DNA of 64,000 bases, taken from assembly GCA_963727255.1 (NCBI GenBank), contig CAVSFC010000002.1, positions 384,001-448,000 on the forward strand, read 5' to 3'. The translations under genes and the position numbers were made by a program. Shown here piece after piece: positions 32,823-45,059 of this stretch. The notes under the pieces are model-generated. The model ran no database searches, had not been told where the DNA came from, and was given only the letters and a program-made list of their open reading frames with translations. How positions within the stretch are numbered: position 1 is the first letter of the stretch; each line of letters starts with the position of its first letter. Source of the stretch: an uncultured bacterium (GTDB taxonomy: Bacteria; Babelota; Babeliae; Babelales; Vermiphilaceae).

Positions 32823-34001
32823 TTAAACAGCGCCATTTGCTTTTAATAATTTAATTATCGCTTCTTTATTTGGACTTGTAGATTGTTGTGCACGTGATAA
32901 TGCTGTTTTGCCCGTAGTATCTTTCATATTTATTGATGCGCCAGCTTTAATTAATCTCTCAACAATTGCGGCATTGTCTTTAGTTACTGCTGTCATTAAA
33001 GGGGTTGTATTACCTTGCGCTTGCGGATTAACATTGATCCCCGGAGCTGCTAATAATTTTTCAACAATTGCAGTATGACCATTCCAGACAGCAGCCAGTA
33101 AAGGGGTTACGCCAGCTTGTGCTTGAAGATTAACATTAATGCCGGGTGCGGCTAACAATTTCTCAACGATTGCAGTGTGACCCATTTGTGCCGCAACATA
33201 TAAAGCAGTTGCGCCCATTAAAGTTTGAAGATTAACATTAACTCCAGGAGCTGCCAATAATTTTTCAACAATTGCAGTAAGGCCATTTTGTGCCGCAATA
33301 TATAAAGCAGTCGCGCCGCCGTTTCTGCTTTTAATATTAACATTCACTCCAGGAGCTGCTAATAATTTTTCAACGACCGCAGTATGGCCCTTTTCCGCTG
33401 CTTTCAATAGGGCGCTAGCGTCCCCATATATTATATTGGCCGTAGAAGGGGCATATTTGAGTATAAAATTTACTATACCGATGTCCCCATTTCCTGCTGC
33501 ATCTTTTAAAACTTTACCAGCTTCTGCCAATCCATTTTGTTGCGCAATATAACTGGTAAGCCAGGCTCCGGCTCCAGAGGTTGCCAAAGCAACTGCCGCT
33601 AACGCTTTATTGCCACCTGCATAACGCCGAGCGAGTTCATCAATAAAATAGGCTGTCATTTTTTGATCATTTAAAAGCGCTGCGAATAGATTATTGCTAA
33701 CCAATAAATTATGAATATTTTGACCTGCAGCAAACAATCGAGCGGTTTGGGTTGCCCCCGGAGCGGTTATTAAATATTCTGCAATTTGAGTTCTAATTTC
33801 AGCAGGCAAAAGCTCGAATATATTTTTATATTGCTTTTTGGATTTTTGGAGATTTCTTGTTTTTCTTCTTGTTGTATTCTGTAATTTCTTCTGGCTTTTC
33901 TGTCTCCTTTCTTTTGGTGCCTTTAGATTCCTCGGGCAATTCCATGGGATACAAATAAAAGCTAATACATACTAATAAAAATCCAAATTTTATAGATTCA
34001 T
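32823..34001 (-). CDS. Exported F-box-like + tandem ankyrin repeat protein (N-terminal frameshifts)
   Basis: Near-identical G.TA(I/V)VEKLLAAPG(V/I)NVN repeats; upstream frames give ..YLYP|MELP..KRK..KKK and FELLPAEIRTQIAEYL. Confidence 0.85.
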
Positions 34002-34203
34002 AGGAATATATATACTCCTAATCAAAAATGTATTTTTAATAAATCGTATTCATTGCATCATAATAAATTTCAGATAGAAAAATCAATATTAATTTATAAG
34101 ATGTAGAAAATGTGATAAAAGAAGGGAAAGAATGATTAGAAAAAGAAAGAATGGCATTTTTGCATCATGATAGAGTATTGATTAGGTATATTCTATATGA
34201 TGG

Positions 34204-34725
34204 GTGAGTATGAAGAAATTAGTGATGCTGGGAGCTTTGACGATGAACATGCAGTCAGCCGAATTTAAACTCTTTTCTCTTGATTTTGAAAATGGCAAAA
34301 AAATTCCCAAGGAGTTCACCTGTGATGGGATGAATAAAATTCCCAAACTTGCATGGGAGCATGTGCCTGACAACACAAAATCTTTTGCATTAATTTGCGA
34401 TGATCCGGATGCGCCGGCCGGCACCTGGGTGCATTGGGTTATCTATAATATTCCTGCAGATAAAAGAAGTTTAGATCATGTTAAAGATCGTTCTGAAAAA
34501 TTAGCAGATGGGACTCTGCAAGGAACCAATTCATGGCCAAAGATTGGCTATGATGGGCCTTGTCCGCCCAAGGGCCATGGCATTCACCATTACCATTTTA
34601 AATTATATGCGCTCGATAGCATGCTTAATCTCAAGCCAAAAGCGACCAAAGAAGAACTTCTTAAAGCAATGAATGGGCATAAGCTTTCTGAAGCTGAAAT
34701 TATTGGATTGTATGAACGCTCGTAA
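34204..34725 (+). CDS. YbhB/YbcL (PEBP) family protein
   Basis: DDPDAP.GTWVHW, YDGPCPP, HHYHF. Confidence 0.93.
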   Translation: MSMKKLVMLGALTMNMQSAEFKLFSLDFENGKKIPKEFTCDGMNKIPKLAWEHVPDNTKSFALICDDPDAPAGTWVHWVIYNIPADKRSLDHVKDRSEKLADGTLQGTNSWPKIGYDGPCPPKGHGIHHYHFKLYALDSMLNLKPKATKEELLKAMNGHKLSEAEIIGLYERS

Positions 34726-35206
34726 GGGCTTTTCATTACTAGAACTGATGATTGTTGTTGCGATCGCAATGATATTAGTAAGTTTAACAACCATCAATGC
34801 TCGATTTTTTAATAGAACAATACTGCTATCAGAGCTCAATCTTTTGCATGCAACCTGCTATTATCTGCAGCAAACAGCGATGGCAAGCAATCAACCGCAA
34901 GAATTAGTTTTTGACAGTGTTACTAATAGTTATTCTTCTAACGGCCAAACCCATACACTGCCCCCTTCGCTCAAATTTGGTATTATTCCAGAAGCAAAAG
35001 GGCCGCCATCATCGCCGCAAAATAGTTTGCATGAGCCCATAACATTTGCAAATAATACTATTACTTTTTCAAACGATGGCATTATAAGTTCCGGCACTGT
35101 ATATCTGACCGATTCTAATGCGCTCTATGCAATCTCATGTTCAGTTGCGCACGTTTCATTTTTACGCAAATATCGGTATGACGGCAAATGGTATCTTATT
35201 TTATAG
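34712..35206 (+). CDS. Prepilin-type (GspH/FimT-like) pseudopilin
   Basis: MNARKG|FSLLELMIVVAI class III signal. Confidence 0.85.
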   Translation: MNARKGFSLLELMIVVAIAMILVSLTTINARFFNRTILLSELNLLHATCYYLQQTAMASNQPQELVFDSVTNSYSSNGQTHTLPPSLKFGIIPEAKGPPSSPQNSLHEPITFANNTITFSNDGIISSGTVYLTDSNALYAISCSVAHVSFLRKYRYDGKWYLIL

Positions 35207-36741
35207 CATATCGCGCGGCGATTAATTCTTTAATCTTTGGAAAACGGTTCTGCAGCAAGTAATTAAGAACGTTTTCTGGTGGCTGCTGCTGAGTTTTTTG
35301 TTGTTGCTCAAGAATTAGAAGCCCAAGCAGCTCTTTGCAGTTCAAATGAGAAGCCAAGCCTTTGGGCTGCATGAGTAAGTGGCCCGATGGCAAAAGCAAA
35401 TATTGGTTATCATTGCTCCAAGTAAATGGATAATCTAGATCTTCAAACGGTCCTTCAAAAGTAGATTCATCTACGCAGGAATTTTTTTCAAAATCATAGG
35501 TTTTAAGATTCATCGGCATTTTTGACTGCAAATGATAGTGATCTAGAACTAATAATTGCTTGCCATCGGGAGTAAATAAAGTTCGGATATAGCATTTGAT
35601 TGTGATTACAGAGGGAAGTTTTCTTAACCGCTATTCTCAATACATTAAGAACAGTAATATAGTTTTCTTTAACTTGTGCTAAGTGTTGCCCATCGGGGCT
35701 GAGCTGAGTATCCATCAAATCGGTCAGTCGAAGCTTGTTATGCTTTTGAGTTTTAAGATCGAAAGATTCGATATGCGTCTCAAGATGCATTAACACATAG
35801 TTACTTAACGGGCTTATAGCTTCGGCATTTGCATTCTTAATCAAATTCGGTTCATCCAATGTATTAGAGGAGGCAACAATTGTACAATTTGGTTTATTTT
35901 TTGTCGGTATAATGCCGATTGGGTAGCAGATACAACAACTTTTAAATCTGGCGCTTTATAATATTGATTAATAATCACCTGGTGCCATCAAGACTTACTT
36001 CTGCAATTGAGTTCCTAAATTGAAGATCAAGAATCTCATTGGTTGCAATATTGAAAGCACAGGTGCCTGTTTTCGTAACGATTGAATTGCGCATAAAAAA
36101 TTGGGCAAAGGCGATTTGATTATCGTGAGAAATTCCATTGACCCATAAGGCAAGATTCTTGAGCGTAGGGAAATACTTTGTAATTTTTTGGCTGCTGCAG
36201 TGCAATCATCAAATATTGGCCAGATTGCAAGTCCCAAATTTTGCTGCCATCTTCAAAATCTTGAAAAATAAGCTTCCTATCTGGACTGGGATGAAATTTA
36301 TAATATGCACGCGGGGCATTTGGCAATAATGGATCGGGAATAAATTGAACGGGCCCAAATATAAATGGTTAGACATATCATCTTCAGGATCTTTGCGTCT
36401 TAAATAGATTCCATTATTTTCATTATAAAATGCATTAAGGTTGGTAGTGTTTTCTTCAGGCATTAAGAATTCAACAGGCAACAGTTTTTGAGATTTAAGA
36501 TTGCGGTTAGTCGATCATGTGCTCGCATTGCCAATGCTGTATGAAACTCTTTTTCCAGGGGATCATTCATAGGAAAATCATTAAAAAGTTGCTGAGCCAA
36601 TGAGCAATTAGTTTGCGGATCATATTCTTGAACAATTTTAGTTAAATCAATTTGCGTGGAAGGTTTTTCCATACTAATGAGCTGAACAGAAAAAAAGACG
36701 GTACAATTCAGGATAATAAAAGTTTTATACATACTATTCAT
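35196..36741 (-). CDS. Exported hypothetical beta-propeller-like protein, fragmented by frameshifts
   Basis: Consecutive minus-strand fragments; ..LIS|MEKP; LSPDGQ, KIWDLQSG and WSNDNQYL motifs. Confidence 0.5.
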
Positions 36742-36845
36742 CTCACGCTTATTTAAGGTAATGAAAATAATAATGGGCTTTTAGTATGCATTAATTATGT
36801 ATTTTGTTCCTTATTTAAGTAAATAGCATTATAAAAAAGGTGCTT

Positions 36846-37602
36846 ATGAAGTATATCGTATCTCTTTTACTTGCATGCGCAGTAAATCAGCTCATCTCAA
36901 ATCCATCTACAATCCCATTTAATGCCCCGGATCTTGGAAAAACTCATTTTATTCTTGGTATGCGGGTTGGCGAAGAAAAAAAGAACAAGAGGTTACTGTT
37001 TGCCAAGCGGATGATTTGACCAATGCTTTATTGCGTTGCGTGGATGGCAGTTTTAAGCAAGCATTTTTTTCTCCTGATGATGATTTGGAAAAACTCTTAA
37101 TTAAACTGATTGAAGTCGAGCAGCAATCAATTAAAGCTGGCGATATTTTCATTCACTAATGGTGAGATTGCGCAAGCACTCATTGCGCGCGCATCAGCGG
37201 GGATTGAGATAGAGATTGTTACTGATATTTCTTGCCTGAAAGATAAATTTAATAAAATAGAGTTGCTCAAAAAAGCAGGGATTAAAATATTTGTTTATAA
37301 TCCACGAAATACTACGATTCTTAATAATATTATGCATAATAAATTTGTGTTATTTGGCAAGAATGTGGGCGGGAAATCATTGCTTTGGACCGGTTCATTT
37401 AATTTTACTAAATCGGCAACGATTGAATAATCAAGAAAATATTATCATAGTTGATGAAATGCATTTGATTGAGCGGTATCGAAAACAATTTGAAGTGCTC
37501 AAACAACGGCTTAAAGGTAAAGAACCGATTGAATTAGCACACAAGGGCAAACGTATTCTTGCGCGAAACACTAAATGTAAAACATCTGCGATATTTGCAT
37601 AG
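36846..37602 (+). CDS. Phospholipase D/Nuc-like protein with a single HKD-type motif (frameshifted)
   Basis: FFSPDD, AIFSFTN, MHNKFVLF..WTGSFNFT..NNQEN. Confidence 0.8.
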
Positions 37603-37711
37603 ATAAAAACTTACTTGTGCTGAGTAAAGAACGATGAGATGGGTAATGAGCGCAAAGAACATATTGAAGAACGCTTCATTACTACAATTCCTTCCTAGCT
37701 CGAGCAACAGG

Positions 37712-38756
37712 CTATTCGTCTTTTAGTAAAAAAGCAAGAAATTTTTGATCAGAATTTTCAAGAAATGAGATAAGCCTTTTAAAATCATCAGGAATTTCTT
37801 TTTCAAAATGAAAAGGCGTTTCTTGAAAGGTAAATGAGAGAGAAGTGAGCATGCAAAGCATGTCCGTCAATGAGTTTTGATGGGGTGCCATACAGATAAT
37901 CTCCCACTAATGGATGGCCAATTGCTGCAAAATGTACGCGAATTTGATGAGTGCGGCCGGTGACCGGGTGCACTTCAACCAAACTGTAATCAGCAAAATA
38001 TTGTTTTACCGTATAATGAGTGATTGCATTGCGAATGCTTGTTTGATTGCGCATGTTGGCTGTTTTGGTGGTAGAAAGTGCGCTATTATCCGGAATAAAA
38101 GTAGTCATTTTTTTGCGTATGGGTTGGATGTCTGCCAATAGAAAGATCGATCGATCCGGATGCAGGCGGATGGCCATCCACAAGGGCCAAATAGCTTTTT
38201 GAAATGGTGCGTTTTTTAAACATATCCCCAAAGATCATATGCGCATAATTGGTGCGGGAAATAACCAAAAGCCCTGAAGTTTCTTTATCAAGCGATGCAC
38301 AATCCCCGGGCCGCTCAATGCTTCCCACATCAATTAATTCATGATGATTGGAAAGAAGCCAATCAACCACGGTTGGATCTGAGGTAGGAACTTCTGTTTG
38401 ATGCACCAATAAGTTGGCCGGTTTATTGATGATAAAAAAATGTTCATGGGTGTGAAGAATTTCAATGCCCAAATCGGTATTTACTGGGATTGAAAAGAGG
38501 CCGTTGGATTGTTCTATCAGGAATATGATGGTAATAGTATCATCTGCCTTTACGGCCATGCTTGATTTTGCTTTTTGCCCATTGATCATAATCTGCCCTT
38601 TAGCAATCAAATTTTGGAAAAAGCTGCGCGAATAATGAGGCAAGCACCTGGATAAGAATTTATCAATTCTTTGGCCGGCCTGCGGATTCGTTCAACAACA
38701 AGTGAAAGTGGTGAATAAGCAGGTATTGTTTTGGGTAAGATAAATGTAGTCTCCAT
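37712..38756 (-). CDS. RluA/RluD family pseudouridine synthase (frameshifted)
   Basis: N-terminal S4-like domain, [39 protein letters not shown]. Confidence 0.9.
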
Positions 38757-39038
38757 TTGATGCCTCATTGCATCAGATGGTTATTATTTCTAATTATAAT
38801 CAATAGTGGGTTAGAAAATCAAGGCTAGCCTTTTTCTGGCTACTATGATTGAATATTCGGAATGAAAAACCCTGACAAAAAGTGATTTATAAGTTGTGCC
38901 TTCGCACTTATAGAAAACACGCTCAAAAGTAAAAACCCTAGTAGACAAGCCATTTTTAATGGTTTACTATGAGGGTGGCCTCTAAAAAAGCGGCTAGTGA
39001 GTAGGAAATCGGCATAGAAAAACTTGATTGTTAGGAGA

Positions 39039-40398
39039 ATGCTCATGGATGGTCAATACCTTTTGCATGAAATCAAAGATCATCTTGATGCGGTTATTGC
39101 CCAAGATACTGCATTTTGCAAAGGGCCTTTGGGAAAGTTTTTACAGCTGCATCCGGCTGATATTGCTGATTTTTTTACTGATATTGATTGGGATCAATTC
39201 CAGGAACTTTATCCAAATTCCCCAAAGCGCTGCAAATTGAGGTTTTTCAAGAATTTTCTGATGTCATGAAGGTCCATAGCCTTTCCTTTATGAGTGAGCA
39301 GGAGCGGGTTGATGCCTCAACTACGCTTCCGGTTGATGCAGCTCACCGATCTTTTTGATCTTTTTTCTGATGAAGAGCTCAAAGTATATTTGGGCTTCTC
39401 AATAAAAAGCCCGAGAAAAGGTGCTTTCTCTGCTCAAATTTGACCCCGAATCGGCCGGGGGCATCATGGATACTGAAGTGCTGGTCTTCATGCAAGATTT
39501 CACTGTTGAAAAAAGCATCAAGTTCTGCAGCGATTCAGCCAAATCGGGATATTTATCAGCAAATTTATATCACCGATAAGGATCATCATTGGTCGGCTAT
39601 ATTAAATTAGAAGATTTAGTGTTGCAAAATGCCCAGGCTCGCATTCATCACTTTATGCGCCCGAATGAATTGGTGGCCCATGCAGATGAAGATCGTGAAA
39701 CAATCGCCAAAAAGATGGTGCACTATAGATTGATGACGGTGCCGGTTGTTGGATGAAAATAATCACTTTTTAGGGGTTATTCCCAGTGAAACGCTGGTAG
39801 ATGTCTTGGTAGAAGAGGCATCGGAGGACGTGCAAAAAATGTCTGCGCTTGCCCCGATGAAATATCCCTATTTTGAGACCTCATTTTTTCGCCTGCTTTT
39901 TGAACGAGGCTATATTTTGATTGCGCTTCTTCTTGCCCAATCATTTTCCACCACCATCATGAAATCATATCATGCGACGCTTGGATTGGCACCTTGCTTT
40001 ATTTTACCACGATGCTGATCTCTACTGGGGGCAATACCAGTAGCCAGACATCTGCCTTGGTGATTCAGGGATTGATCACCGGTGAATTGAATCCAATGAA
40101 TATCTTCAAATTTTTGCGCCGCGAATTGTTAATGTCCGGAATTTTGGCATTCATTTTAGGGGCAATTGCATTTATTCGCGCCTATATTTCTTCGGCAACA
40201 TTCATTGAAAGCTTGGCAATTAGTGTATCATTAGCGGTAATTGTGATGGTTTCAGTGATGCTTGGGAGCTTGATTCCGCTTATTTTAAAACGTTGAATAT
40301 TGATCCGGCATTCTCTGCCGGGCCCTTTCTTGGCCACCCTCATGGATATTTGGGAATTCTTGATCTATTGCTACATTGCAAAAATGATTTTGTTTTAA
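39039..40398 (+). CDS. mgtE: Magnesium transporter MgtE (frameshifted)
   Basis: HPADIA, ESAGGIM, CBS-like segment, GGNTSSQ, DPAFSAGPF. Confidence 0.88.
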
Positions 40399-40497
40399 AA
40401 TCGACGTTTTTTTCATTACAAATTGCTTTTGCTTGACAAAAATGCCCTGAATCTCTACATCTATAATTGTCTTTTCAATTTAAAATTGAATTAGTAC

Positions 40498-40573
40498 GAG
40501 CCGCTAGCTCAGTCGGTAGAGCAACAGCCTTTTAAGCTGTGGGTCGTTGGTTCGATTCCAACGCGGCTCACCA
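40498..40573 (+). tRNA. tRNA-Lys (TTT)
   Basis: Cloverleaf, anticodon arm acagc-CT-TTT-AA-gctgt, GGTTCGATTCC, CCA end. Confidence 0.96.
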
Positions 40574-40608
40574 GCCTTCGCCTTTGGGCTATGGCGGGCG
40601 CGGCCAGC
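40571..40608 (+). repeat. 33-nt hairpin-family copy at the tRNA-Lys 3' end
   Basis: ccagccttcgcctttgggctatggcgggcgcgg, with CCAGC at both 40571 and 40604. Confidence 0.65.
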
Positions 40609-40726
40609 TATTTAAAGGATGAATTGAAAAAAAAGCTATAAGATTGAAAAGTCGAATTTTCCCTTTCGAAGCTCATTTAATAGAAGTTGTCGCTAAACTC
40701 CTTTATGTGCCGGCTCAAAAATATAC

Positions 40727-40799
40727 GTCCCCATCGTCTAACGGTTAGGACATCGCCCTTTCACGGCGAAAACCAGAGTTCGATTCCCTGGGGACGCCA
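40727..40799 (+). tRNA. tRNA-Glu (TTC); T-arm slightly short, probably read error
   Basis: gtcccc..ggggac acceptor stem, tcgcc-CT-TTC-AC-ggcga, GTTCGATTC, CCA. Confidence 0.88.
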
Positions 40800-40883
40800 A
40801 CTTTTTTACTTGCAAAAAGTGGCTATCCAGCCTTCGCTCTAGCGAGATTTTCTGCTTCTTCTTTGCACTCTTTAGCATACTTT

Positions 40884-41135
40884 TCAAATAGAATTGTGAT
40901 GCATGCTTGTCTTTGTTTTAAATCGCTCATTTTCATCAACAGTCCTATGCGGCCATCTATGGTGTTTGCATGTTTTTATCATCGCATGCAATTTTTCAAG
41001 TGCAACTGAGCATTCATCTTTGGATTGTTTGGATTCAGGCAATTCTGTGCGAATAACATATGAAGAATGAGCAGCCAAGAGCTTTATGGAAAAAATACTA
41101 GTCATTGGAAGAAGAGAAAGTGCTATTCTTTTCAT
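40884..41135 (-). CDS. Small exported hypothetical protein (possibly frameshifted)
   Basis: MKRIALSLL signal-like start. Confidence 0.4.
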   Translation of the reverse strand: MKRIALSLLPMTSIFSIKLLAAHSSYVIRTELPESKQSKDECSVALEKLHAMIKTCKHHRWPHRTVDENERFKTKTSMHHNSI

Positions 41136-41262
41136 TTTTTATGTCCCTTGGGTGTATAAAGTTAAAGCGTTATAATTCTACTAAAAATATACCAATTATT
41201 AAGAAAAAAGATTATTTTTTGAACAAAAAAAAGAGACCCGCATTATCTGCAGGTCCTTATTT

Positions 41263-42406
41263 TTAGCTTAAATTGATTTATACTGGAATTGTGCATGTAA
41301 CAGGCAGGCACAGGGGTAATTAATGGGCAAATATTACAACTGGTATCAGGTATGGTTATTGTTGATGGTAATGTGCAGCCATTGATAAATTGTGCATGAG
41401 ATATCAAAGCTGAGATAGGCTGTGATACTAAATAATGGTCATTGATTTTCAAACAGAGCCAAGATAGAATTTGGGATTTGGCTTTGAACAAATGTGGCTA
41501 AGCCAGACTGAATTTGGCATGGTCGGCGGTTCCTGGCAAATAAGAACCGGAATAGTAATAGCTCGGAATAATGGTCTTAAATCTTCTGTAAAGGCGTTAT
41601 TAATGGTGTTAAAGAGAATGTCTTGCCCTTGTTGTACTTGAGCTTCGAATATATGAATTTATGTGCATTTTGTAATTGCGTTGAGGCAATTAGGTACGGT
41701 AAAAAAGCTGTGTAGCTAAAATAGCTGCAAATGCAGGAAATGGAATTTCGGTAACGAGTGTAGCAGAAAATTGTATAAGCAAATGGTAAGTCAAGGGAAT
41801 TGATAGCAGCTTGGAATTGGCGAAACTAGCAGTTTGACGGAGGGGGCGATTCCCACTGAAGAAGCCGGATCAGGATTATAAATAAATGGATTGAAAGACG
41901 GTCAATACTAATTTAGTAATTTGTCCGGGAAATGTTGCATTGTAGTTGATTCCGAGTGAGCTGCCAATAGAGTTAGCCTACCCAGATAAAATTGGTAATT
42001 CCTAAAGATCGATAGCACTGCGTTGATATCATCTACAAATACTGCTTGAGTATAATTGATGCCTCCTAGCGGCCGGAAGTGCTGGGGTCAAGGTGTGGAT
42101 TTCCATGTCCTCGCAAATCGATAGCTACTGTTTAAAACAGTGACAAAATAGATGCTTGTTCGCATAAGCCATTGATCTGCATCCCAGCCAACCGGGCATG
42201 TGCAAAAAATAGTACAGGGGCATTAAGATTAGCGTATTCTTACGCACAAAAATACTTGCAGCGGGTATTAGGCCGCACGATCTCGTGCAGGAATTGCAAT
42301 ACATTGTTCAATGGTGGTGCAATTAGCAGGCTTTTGGCAACAACAGAGCATTAGTGCCGGGTCCCGTGCAATAAAACAAGAGTAAAAACAATATCGGAAA
42401 TTTCAT
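41263..42406 (-). CDS. Exported alpha/beta hydrolase with Cys-rich termini, heavily frameshifted
   Basis: Manual minus-strand reading across indels: PVLFFAH, VAIDLRGHG, WVG.NSIGSSLG (GxSxG), IPVLICQ; AAGGAG RBS before ATG 42406; end approximate. Confidence 0.65.
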
Positions 42407-42434
42407 AACACTCCTTTAATTTCATACTAATTTT

Positions 42435-43341
42435 TTAAAAATTGTATTTAATTCCCACCATTAGCCGGGAAAGCAAGTTCTGTTCCAGTGCCACTTGGAA
42501 TGAGAGAAGATACGCCGTTTAAATTAAGTATTTCTGTGGTGTTGAGTGCTATTGGGGCAGCAGCTCGTGGACGCAATTTGCAATGACATTTCCTGTTATA
42601 ACCAATGACCAATTTCCGCAAAAACAGTATCAAATCCAGCTTGGGCGCCGCCAGCTATAACTGTGTTTGATCTGAAAAATTTTGCGGAGTATCACAAAAA
42701 ACTGTCGTTGCCCCAGTCATGCAACTAAAACCTGAACTGAGTGAGTAATATTTAGCATTTTTATGATGCAATAATCCTACTTTGCCTCCAAAGAAGAATG
42801 CAACGCGATCGCACCATCTATTAAAATAATAGTTTACACCCACATATGCATCGTATAGTTTATATCCGCTCAGGTTGAGCGCCAATCCACTCACCACCGT
42901 TCCACCACATTGAAATCCTGAAACAGAAGAAACTGCACTGCAATTCCGTTTCGATCTAGCTTGTGCATAATTAAACTGAAAAAATACGTTTGTATTACAT
43001 GAGAGCGCATAGCTTATTTGTGCGCCAACTTGCCATGGCAAACGATAAAAATGATGAAATGAGGGGACCGTTTCTATTGCTGTTACTGGCCCAGAAGCCG
43101 GAGCAGTGACACAATTTACTCCATAGATAGTGCCTCGATTTCTCCAAATGATTGGGCGTATTCCTGCCTGGACCATCAATCCGATTGATCCACAATACAA
43201 GGGTTCGCAGGAGCATTCATAACAGTGAGAAAGGCAGCAGTTCTCGACTTCAAAAGAATCAAGCGCGCGAATTGGATTTATTGCTGTGCAAGCAAAAAAA
43301 ATTAACAAAGCATATTTTATGTAGAAAATTTTCATATCCAT
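42435..43341 (-). CDS. Cys-rich outer-membrane beta-barrel-like protein (paralog of 2876-3766; frameshifted)
   Basis: Shared QAGI.P.IW, LPW..G, FF.GG.VGL.HHK; corrected end reads ..VGIKYNF*. Confidence 0.75.
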
Positions 43342-43477
43342 AAACTCCTTATTTTATTACGGATATTTTTTAACATAATAAAAAAATGATATAGTATTTG
43401 GAGCAGTAATTGCAATAGAAATTAGAAATATGTAAAATAATGTTTTTAAAATTTATGCGTGCAAAAAAGGTAACATA

Positions 43478-43969
43478 ATGCACTCATTTGAAGACTTGAA
43501 AAAAAAATTAGATGATTTGGGTATCGCAGTTCATTATTATGAGCATATGCCCATATTTACGGCAGAAGATGGCATTAAATATGCTGCTGGAATTCCCGGA
43601 CTCGCTGCAAAAAATCTCTTCTTGCGGGATAAGGAAAATCAGTTTTGGTTGGTGGTTATACCTTATTATAAAAAATTGAATATAAAAAAATTGGCTGCTC
43701 TTATTGAAGCATCTGAATTGCAATTTGCAAAACCGGAACAGCTCTTGCAGTATCTGCAAATTACTCCTGGCTCTGTTACACCATTAGCTCTTATTAATGA
43801 TGCGCATCATGATGTTCGGGTAATTTTAGATGAGGAGTTGATGGCTTTGCCATTGATTCAAATTCATCCTCTGCGCAATGATATGACGGTAACAATAACG
43901 CCCAAAGATTTATTAAAATTTATTTCCGCATGCGGCAATAAGTATACATGTATCAATCTTGAGCTGTGA
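43478..43969 (+). CDS. YbaK/ProX aminoacyl-tRNA deacylase family (PrdX-like)
   Basis: H.PIFT, KNLFLRDK, PGSVTPLALIND, HPLRND. Confidence 0.9.
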   Translation: MHSFEDLKKKLDDLGIAVHYYEHMPIFTAEDGIKYAAGIPGLAAKNLFLRDKENQFWLVVIPYYKKLNIKKLAALIEASELQFAKPEQLLQYLQITPGSVTPLALINDAHHDVRVILDEELMALPLIQIHPLRNDMTVTITPKDLLKFISACGNKYTCINLEL

Positions 43970-43990
43970 TTAGCATTATGTTGCTATTCC

Positions 43991-44839
43991 TTAAATTGCG
44001 CCTTTTTTTTGCAGAGCGGCAAGGCCTAGAGCAGCTCGTGCGAGTTCTCGTCTTTGCATATCAAGAAATGGGCGACCTGTTGCTTTATTTGCTAAGTCAA
44101 CAACTGTTTTGCCGTTCTTATCGTGCGGGAATGGATTTTTGAAGGTGTGATAATAAAATAATATTCGCATAAGTTTCGTGCGCTGTTCTAATATTATCTT
44201 CCAATTTTTCAGTGCAATTGGATCGTCCACAGAGGGATCGTGGAGCGTTAAAAGGTTGCATAATGCCATCGCAGAATTGCCGCAAAAATCTGAGGTTTCC
44301 ATAAGATGCTCTAATGCTGTTTTGCCTCTATCTTTTCTTTCGGGATCTGCACCAGCCTTCATAAGAGATTGAACGATTTTTAATCTGATATTGCTTTTTG
44401 CATCATCGAGGGTATCTTTTACCCGCCAGCACATTGCATGAAGCGGAAAGCATCCATCTAGATTTGGTTTCGCATTAAAACCCAGAAGTAAGTCAACCAT
44501 TTCAGGATGGTCTCCCTCAACAGCATATACCAATGGGCTTGCTTTGCTAGCTGATGGCGCATTAGGATCCGCGTTATGCGTAAGCAATAGTTCCGCCTCC
44601 TCTAAACGATTATTAAAAGCCACATGGCACAGCGTAGTTCTATCGTTATTACAGTATTTGCGCTCATTGAGATCTTGATTATTGTTAATCATATCAACAA
44701 TATCATTATACAACCAATTTCGAGCCTCATAACCTCTCTTAGCAAGCAGAGGTTTTTCCATTGTGGTAATTTTGAAAGGCATTATTCCTAAAAGCGCGAT
44801 AACTAAAAGATAAAATCTGTGCATGTATAAAACTTTCAT
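43991..44839 (-). CDS. Exported ankyrin repeat protein
   Basis: LLTHNADPN, SPLVYAV, GADPE..GKTALE; ..ITT|MEKP. Confidence 0.85.
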   Translation of the reverse strand: MKVLYMHRFYLLVIALLGIMPFKITTMEKPLLAKRGYEARNWLYNDIVDMINNNQDLNERKYCNNDRTTLCHVAFNNRLEEAELLLTHNADPNAPSASKASPLVYAVEGDHPEMVDLLLGFNAKPNLDGCFPLHAMCWRVKDTLDDAKSNIRLKIVQSLMKAGADPERKDRGKTALEHLMETSDFCGNSAMALCNLLTLHDPSVDDPIALKNWKIILEQRTKLMRILFYYHTFKNPFPHDKNGKTVVDLANKATGRPFLDMQRRELARAALGLAALQKKGAI

Positions 44840-45059
44840 AAATTAAAATAAAGATGTTATTTAATAAAAATGTAAAGATAATGCCCAAATTGTCAAATTA
44901 GAATAGCAAAAATCTAAACGCATCTTTTAGTGTAAAAGCGATTATGCTCAGATGCAAACTGAGAGAACAGAGTTTGATGGCTGTATAACAATGTAGTATC
45001 ATTGTATCTCTGGCAACCTTATTTTAAGGTTCTCTATAAAAATAGAAAAAAAGGTTTTT

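Noticed and set aside
37614..37738. Long imperfect hairpin suggesting 6S RNA or another ncRNA
   Set aside because: Short, overlaps the inferred 3' end of the pseudouridine synthase gene, lies in an error-rich region, and has no recognisable conserved motif
41263..42406. Paralog of the BclA-like gene at 3791
   Set aside because: Manual translation shows alpha/beta hydrolase motifs instead
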